DNA from: Blasia pusilla
Taxonomy: Eukaryota
Assembly: GCA_050084515.1 (NCBI GenBank)
Contig: CM114271.1
Location: forward strand, 35,092,001-35,156,000
Direction: 5' to 3'
Length of the DNA: 64,000 nt
Of this stretch, positions 58,697-64,000 are shown piece by piece. The notes beneath the pieces were generated by a model. It was not told the origin of the DNA. It was given only the letters and a program-made list of their open reading frames with translations, and did no database searches. A program made the translations under genes and the position numbers. Each line of letters begins with the position of its first letter. Position 1 is the first letter of the stretch.

Positions 58697-59490
58697 CTGG
58701 AATACCTCTCCTCAGTTATCCAGCAACATAACACTAGGAGAACCCATGGCACGCTCTATCGCGGGTCTAGCGGGCATCTCGGCCATCCTAGTAGCCATGA
58801 CTTGCCATGCATCGGCGTGGGCGGCCGAGCATCCGCTCTAAGGGCAGGTCCATCACCTCCTCTGCAATCACCTCTGAACGTGATGCAGGAACTCCAACTC
58901 TACGCTCACATAGTGAAGCGGCCAGCCAAAAAGCCTCGGCGGGCGTACCCCCCAACGTCATAACATCGGAAGCAGAAAATAAAGGAGTGCGGTACACAAC
59001 AGTGGCGGCCCCCAACAACGTGCTCGACACATGCCCCTCATGAGCATCAACAATAGGAGTCGTCGTACTTGCTTCTCCCATCGCCCTCCGTGCCTGCACA
59101 CCAACAACATCACCAGCTCTCCAAGAACTCTGATCAGGACCCATGGATGGGGTCCTCATCGCCTCGGACAACATGAAAGACTGAGGAAGCCTAGTCTGTT
59201 TCCTGGCTTCCCCTCGCTGTGGATCCAACTCTGCGGCTGCTCCACTCGTCACAACTGCGGCGGCCTCCATCTGGGAAACCCCGCACATCCAATCAGGATC
59301 TTCCAGATCTCTGGCTGCTTGATATGATGTCGATGCCACGGATCTGACATCGGGTAACCTCAATGCCATAGCGGCAATCTGCTCATGCACTGCGATCGGC
59401 GAGCCACCATCCCATCCCACCACGCCCGTCGTCTCCTCGGGCGCGTCTAGGTGGTAGTACTCTACCTCCTCCACGGGCACCTCCACCACC

Positions 59491-60879
59491 CTATCGGGCA
59501 ACTCCAGCTCCTCGTTCCCCAACGGGACCACTTGATGCACGATCTCTAGGTTCACCCGGACCGGCTGCTTGCCCTGGTGCCCTCTCTGGCTCTCGGTCCA
59601 GACGTAACTTAGGATGTAAATTGAAACACCTAGCGCGTGTATGACCATACCTCTGACAATAGTCACACTGATAACCTCCTGGTGCAGCACCATCTCCTCC
59701 TCCCGCTTGAGGCGCGTCCATGACCCTAACGAGTGCAATGGCGCTGATGATGGGCTCCACCACATGACCAACAAGTAATAGTAGGCGACTACTGTTGAGC
59801 TGCATATGAAGGCGCAGGTCTCTGTGCCACGGGCTCCCAGTATCCTCCTTGAGCTCGTGGTGCCAGAGTTGACCTATCTCGGAGTCCACGTTGTTGCACA
59901 GGTGGTGCAGCCAATCGTAACTGCTCTCGCCCAGAACCCATGGTGGCTACGCTCTCCTCCGCCATGTTGTGCTCAATGTTCTTGGCGGTCCTAAAAACAT
60001 CTCTCAACGTAGGGGAGGTGTTCATAAGAAGCACCCCCTCCCGCACCCGTGGCCGTAGGGTCTGGTCCAGCATCGCGTACCATGACTGGATAGCCTGAGC
60101 CTGTGTCACCCCCTGAGTGACGTTGATCAATCGGCGCAAGCGAGTGTAAGCCTCACGTAAACTCTCAGCCGAGCACCTGTGGAAGTTTTGGATGCTCCGC
60201 AACTTTTCCGTCCGTACCCCCTGGTAGCTTGCCCTCAACTCAGCAAAGAACTCAACCACGGGGTTGAACCTGGGATGAACCCGACTAAACGGTGCAAGTG
60301 CTCCAGTGCGAGTGACCCCTCCTAAAACATCACTTGTGGAAGAGGAAGTAGCCTCTTCTGACTCCTCCTCCTCATCTGGGAACGGCTCCGTCCATGACAC
60401 ATAGTGGGGGTCGAGTAGAGTCCCCATGCCTCAATCTCCTGGGCATATTTGTGGGAGAACTCATGGTAATCGTCCATGGGTGCCCCCTCTAAATGCTGGA
60501 ACATACCGTTCCATGCTGTAAACAAGTTGAACTCTCTAGAGTTCGTGGCCCAGTGGGAGACGCACCAACTCCTAAACTCTGCTATGAAATCCTACAACTC
60601 AATCGTACCTATTGCGCCTGAAAACCTACGCGGTCCTCTACCCCGGTCGTCCATCTCGTACGCCCAATTGGTAGGACCACTCACAATGTGTGGCGATGTG
60701 CTCACAAACTCCTCTACACCCTCCCCCTCATCTGACGATAACACAGAAAGAGGTCGAGGTGGTCCATGAAGTGAAGACCCTCGGAACCTCACGCCACTCT
60801 GTGTAAAACCTCTAGAGCTACTCTTGGGTTCACCACCTCGCCTCTCAAAGTCCCGAACGGACGCCGTGATGACCCTCAT
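59491..60879 (-). pseudogene. Gag with two zinc knuckles
   Basis: Gag-like ESLREAYTRLRRL; knuckles CWSCGGAHHQRHC (~59735-59775) and CDYCQRYGHTRARC (~59630-59670). Confidence 0.85.
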
Positions 60880-61779
60880 GCCCTTCTCACTTGATCACTC
60901 TTGTCTCGTGAGTAATCCCTCAATCACTCATCCCAAACATGCGGCACTCGATCTACACTCTTCCTCCCCGAGACATGTAACGTGCGGCAATAAGCGGAGT
61001 GGTGGGGCAAATCGACCAGGCTATCATTTCATCGATAACCTACCCTCAACTCCGAACATCCCACATAGGTCTATGTCCCCTAAACCACATACATAAATGA
61101 TGCTCTCAGCTCCACACACCCAATATCCCCAAATAAACTACCAAATCCGAGAATCCCTCACACGTGCAGGGTAAAGGACCAAAATGGGTAACCTGAACAC
61201 ATGTCAATGTTGCTCCTCAGCAACTGCAAATCTCGACCCCAACTCGGTCGTGGAGACAACTCCTCCAATCAGCAAGTCATACTTCTCCCATACTGACGTT
61301 GCTCAAAACTCCTCGATAGACGGTGCGGTTCCAGTGGAACAGTGCAAAGATTGCAAAGCGGCACGGGCGACTACTTAACGGCACGGCCCTCGATGATGGG
61401 ATGCGGCACTCGGCGGCATACCCTCCTCAATCAACAATAAACCCACACTCTGCTCCACAATGCTGGAGCGGCTCCGTGATCGAGACGCTGCGTGCCGCCA
61501 CGAGCGGCACAACGCGGCAATCGGCGGCGCGTTGCGGCTACGGGCGTCACGGCACGGTACCCGATTGTCGTTGAGCGGCTACCAATCACAAAATAGCAGC
61601 ATGAAATAAAAACTCAAACACTATAACAAGAGGTCATATGCCATCACAGGTTGATGATGGTAGCGGCCAAAACAAAGTACGTGATGGCGACGCAAGTCCG
61701 AGAATCAACGAACGTTGTGGAAAACCCTCCACTCCGTAACGACGACAATGGCAACCAAGGGTGGACAACACACGGTGGA

Positions 61780-61905
61780 CCATTGACGGTGATGGTTGAC
61801 TATTGATGGTGACGGCCGAAGGGTGATGGTGACGGTTGACCATGGACGGTGACGATTGACCGTTGATGGTTGACGGTGACTATGACGGTGACTATGACGG
61901 TGACG
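61780..61905. repeat. Degenerate short tandem repeat (GACGGT/GATGGT units) in the 5' UTR of the Ty3 element
   Basis: GACGGTGATGGTTGAC...GACGGTGACTATGACGGTGACTATGACGGTGACGG. Confidence 0.8.
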
Positions 61906-62450
61906 GCCGCCGCTGGTGTGGCGGCTGGTTTAGTGTTTGCACAATTTAACCCTTAAAATCGCCTTGCAATGGTAGTTTTGCAAGATTGACCATAACTTTT
62001 TGCTCGCAACTCCAAATTACGCACTGTTTGTTGCACAATATTTAGAATATTTAGAATCATTCATTCCAGTAAAAACTGACGGGGACTGTCGTAAAGCCCA
62101 ATGTCTCTTTCTCCTACACAAAAATTTGGTAGCGCTTCCGCGCTTATTCCTCCCAAAAAAATGTAAAACTTGTAAAAATGCAAATCAACAAGTGACATGG
62201 TGCTCCCGGAAGCACCAGTATGGGGCAACCCGCCCCCATACTCAATCCCTATCAGAAATTGGGCAGCGCTTCCGCACGCCACCCTTCCACACAAAATTGA
62301 CAAATGCAAAGAACAATCCAAGCAACCCTTGCTCTAATGAGCACTCCCAATGAGCCGTTAAACGGGGAACACGGTCCCCAACCTGCAAAAACAACTAGTG
62401 ACCAGCGAGCTCCCCCATGAAGCTCTCTCACTCTCTCATTCTCTCTTTGT

Positions 62451-62958
62451 AAAGTAAGATCCAATCTCTCTCTACACAATCTCACATCATAGCTCTCAAA
62501 GGTATGCACTCTCTCTCATGTCAAACCAAACCCACTCTCCTAATGAGAGGCTTGGGTTACACTCACAAGGCAAGGGATCATAGCTCCGCCGCCTCATGCC
62601 AAGAGGTTCAACAAAGAGTGAATGAGCTCTCAAGCTCTCTCTCTCCTTGGGATATATATCCCTCCCCTCTCCCAAGCTCTCTCCATGGTAACCTATTCTC
62701 CCAAGTCACCTCCTTGGCTCTTGACCTGATGTAGGAGGTCAAGGGTTACTTACCAAAAATAGAAAGTCAATCATATACTCAAAATTGTACTTATCTAAAA
62801 TAGTAAGTTCCTCAATATGGCTCCAAACGAGCCAAAACGAAGGGGAAACCTGCTCTCTCAGGTTTCTAGGGCCTCATCCTCGACCTCCTAGGCATGTCCT
62901 CCACTACTCTTGAAGACGCTCTACTAGATCTCACCGATCAATCCTAAAGGACGTGACA
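62451..62958 (-). repeat. Repeat B', LTR-like 5' terminal copy
   Basis: Matches 52744-53256 but has no adjacent repeat A; ends GTGACA on the + strand. Confidence 0.95.
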
Positions 62959-63402
62959 CGTGCCATCCAGACACTAATTCCTCGTCACTCTCTCCATGCC
63001 AACGAGCTCCAGTTCTATCTCGTTGACTCGGGTATAGGTTATGACTCAATCCATCTGCATCCTAGTTGAGCGTTCCAGGTTGATGTACTACTTGGAAATC
63101 ATACTCCTGCAACAATAAGGCCCACCTCACAAGCTTTCCTATAAGCTTTTCGGACTCCATCAACCACTTAAGTGGTTGGTGATCAATAAAAATGGTAAAG
63201 GGGTTGTCGAATAAATAACATCTGAAATGCACGACAATCCATATTTTAGGCAAGCATTCACCCTCATACAAGCTTTACTTCATCTCTTCAGCGTTGTTTG
63301 AGCAACTAGCGTAAGCTATCACAAACTCTCTACCCTCATCATCATGTTGGGTAAGCACTGCTCCAAGCATCTACATACTCCAATCAGTATACAACTAGAA
63401 AG
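62959..63402 (-). mobile_element. Right piece (RNase H region) of the older host copy
   Basis: YEGECL...IDHQPLKWLMESEKLIGKLVRWALLLQEYDF; homologous to 55135-55572. Confidence 0.9.
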
Positions 63403-64000
63403 TATTGAAGATTGAGTTACAGTCAAGCTCATGAGACACCTGAATTGCTACATTTGGTACTCACACGAAGTAGGGAAGCTTCATCTTGATTAGTCAATTA
63501 AGCGCGATTATCTTAATTAGGGTTAGTTAATCATAGTTAGTCTAACTTGAGACTATTATTAAGATTAGGGTTAGGGTTTCTTGTACATACCCTATATAAT
63601 TGAGAAGGGGACTAGCCTCCACTCATTGAAAATTTTATTCTCCATGGTGGTGTGTGAGTATGAGAGCCGTTTTCCACCAGTTATGCTTCTTTAGCAATTT
63701 TCCACATGGTATCAGAGCGATAGGAGAACATCACTTGAAATTCTTGGTGTTTGAGGAGAGAAAAGAGGCAAGAGAAGGCACAATTTCAGTTTGGAAGAAG
63801 AAAATTTTATTCAGAGCTCAGTGGGTGCAGATTTCAAGTGGAGCTTTGACGGCGATAAAACTTCCGAGGTATTTTTAAAGGCTTTCCCGGTCGATTTAGC
63901 CATATGGGTTTGCAAAGGCTACAACCACGCCCAAAGGTTGGCTCAAGATATCTTGTAGATCTTTTCAAGAGCTTTCCAATGCATCCAAAATTGCTCGATT
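63403..64000 (+). mobile_element. 5' LTR (~63403-63706), PBS and leader of a conventional LTR retrotransposon running off the window
   Basis: Host homology stops at 63402; TATATAA at ~63593; LTR ends CA (63705-63706) directly followed by TGGTATCAGAGC. Confidence 0.85.
63707..63718 (+). promoter_or_regulatory. Primer binding site complementary to the 3' end of initiator tRNA-Met
   Basis: TGGTATCAGAGC immediately after the LTR-terminal CA. Confidence 0.9.

Larger units (their letters stand above)
52633..62958 (-). mobile_element. Full-length Ty3/gypsy-type retrotransposon encoding a C5 DNA methyltransferase and a PHD finger, with split direct repeats
   Basis: Domain order gag-PR-DNMT-RT-RH-IN-PHD. 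Termini TGTCATG / CGTGACA on the + strand. Flanks TGTG (52629-52632) and CGTG (62959-62962); removal restores the host WHASAY-coding sequence. Confidence 0.95.

Noticed and set aside
52633-62958. DIRS/Ngaro tyrosine-recombinase element
   Set aside because: Split repeats suggest it, but no YR motifs are visible, while an HHCC/DDE integrase, TG..CA termini and a TSD are present.
63560-63578. TTAGGGTTAGGGTTT telomere-like motif
   Set aside because: Only two units, located within an LTR; not a telomeric array.

Overview
Repeat-dense eukaryotic window, most likely from a streptophyte plant or alga. It holds one clear host gene, an intronless F-box/kelch gene (10274-11821, - strand), among nested transposons. 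The main feature is a 10.3-kb Ty3/gypsy-type retrotransposon (52633-62958, - strand) whose decayed polyprotein reads Gag (two Zn knuckles) - aspartic protease - DNMT3-like C5 cytosine methyltransferase - RT - RNase H - DDE integrase - PHD finger. Its ends are not conventional paired LTRs. They form split direct repeats (element orientation: B - coding - A' - 2 nt - B - A) with TG..CA termini, an apparent 4-bp TSD and no recognisable PBS or PPT. A diverged, internally deleted relative (43266-46385) shows the same terminal layout, and three older decayed relatives are present. Other contents: three solo-LTR-like inserts, an APE/RT LINE flanked by (GA)n, three hAT MITEs, two hAT transposase remnants, a copia remnant, a tRNA-Met-primed LTR element running off the right edge, a Helitron 3' end and two foldback structures. 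All calls come from reading motifs by eye; no database search was run, and the boundaries of decayed elements are approximate.
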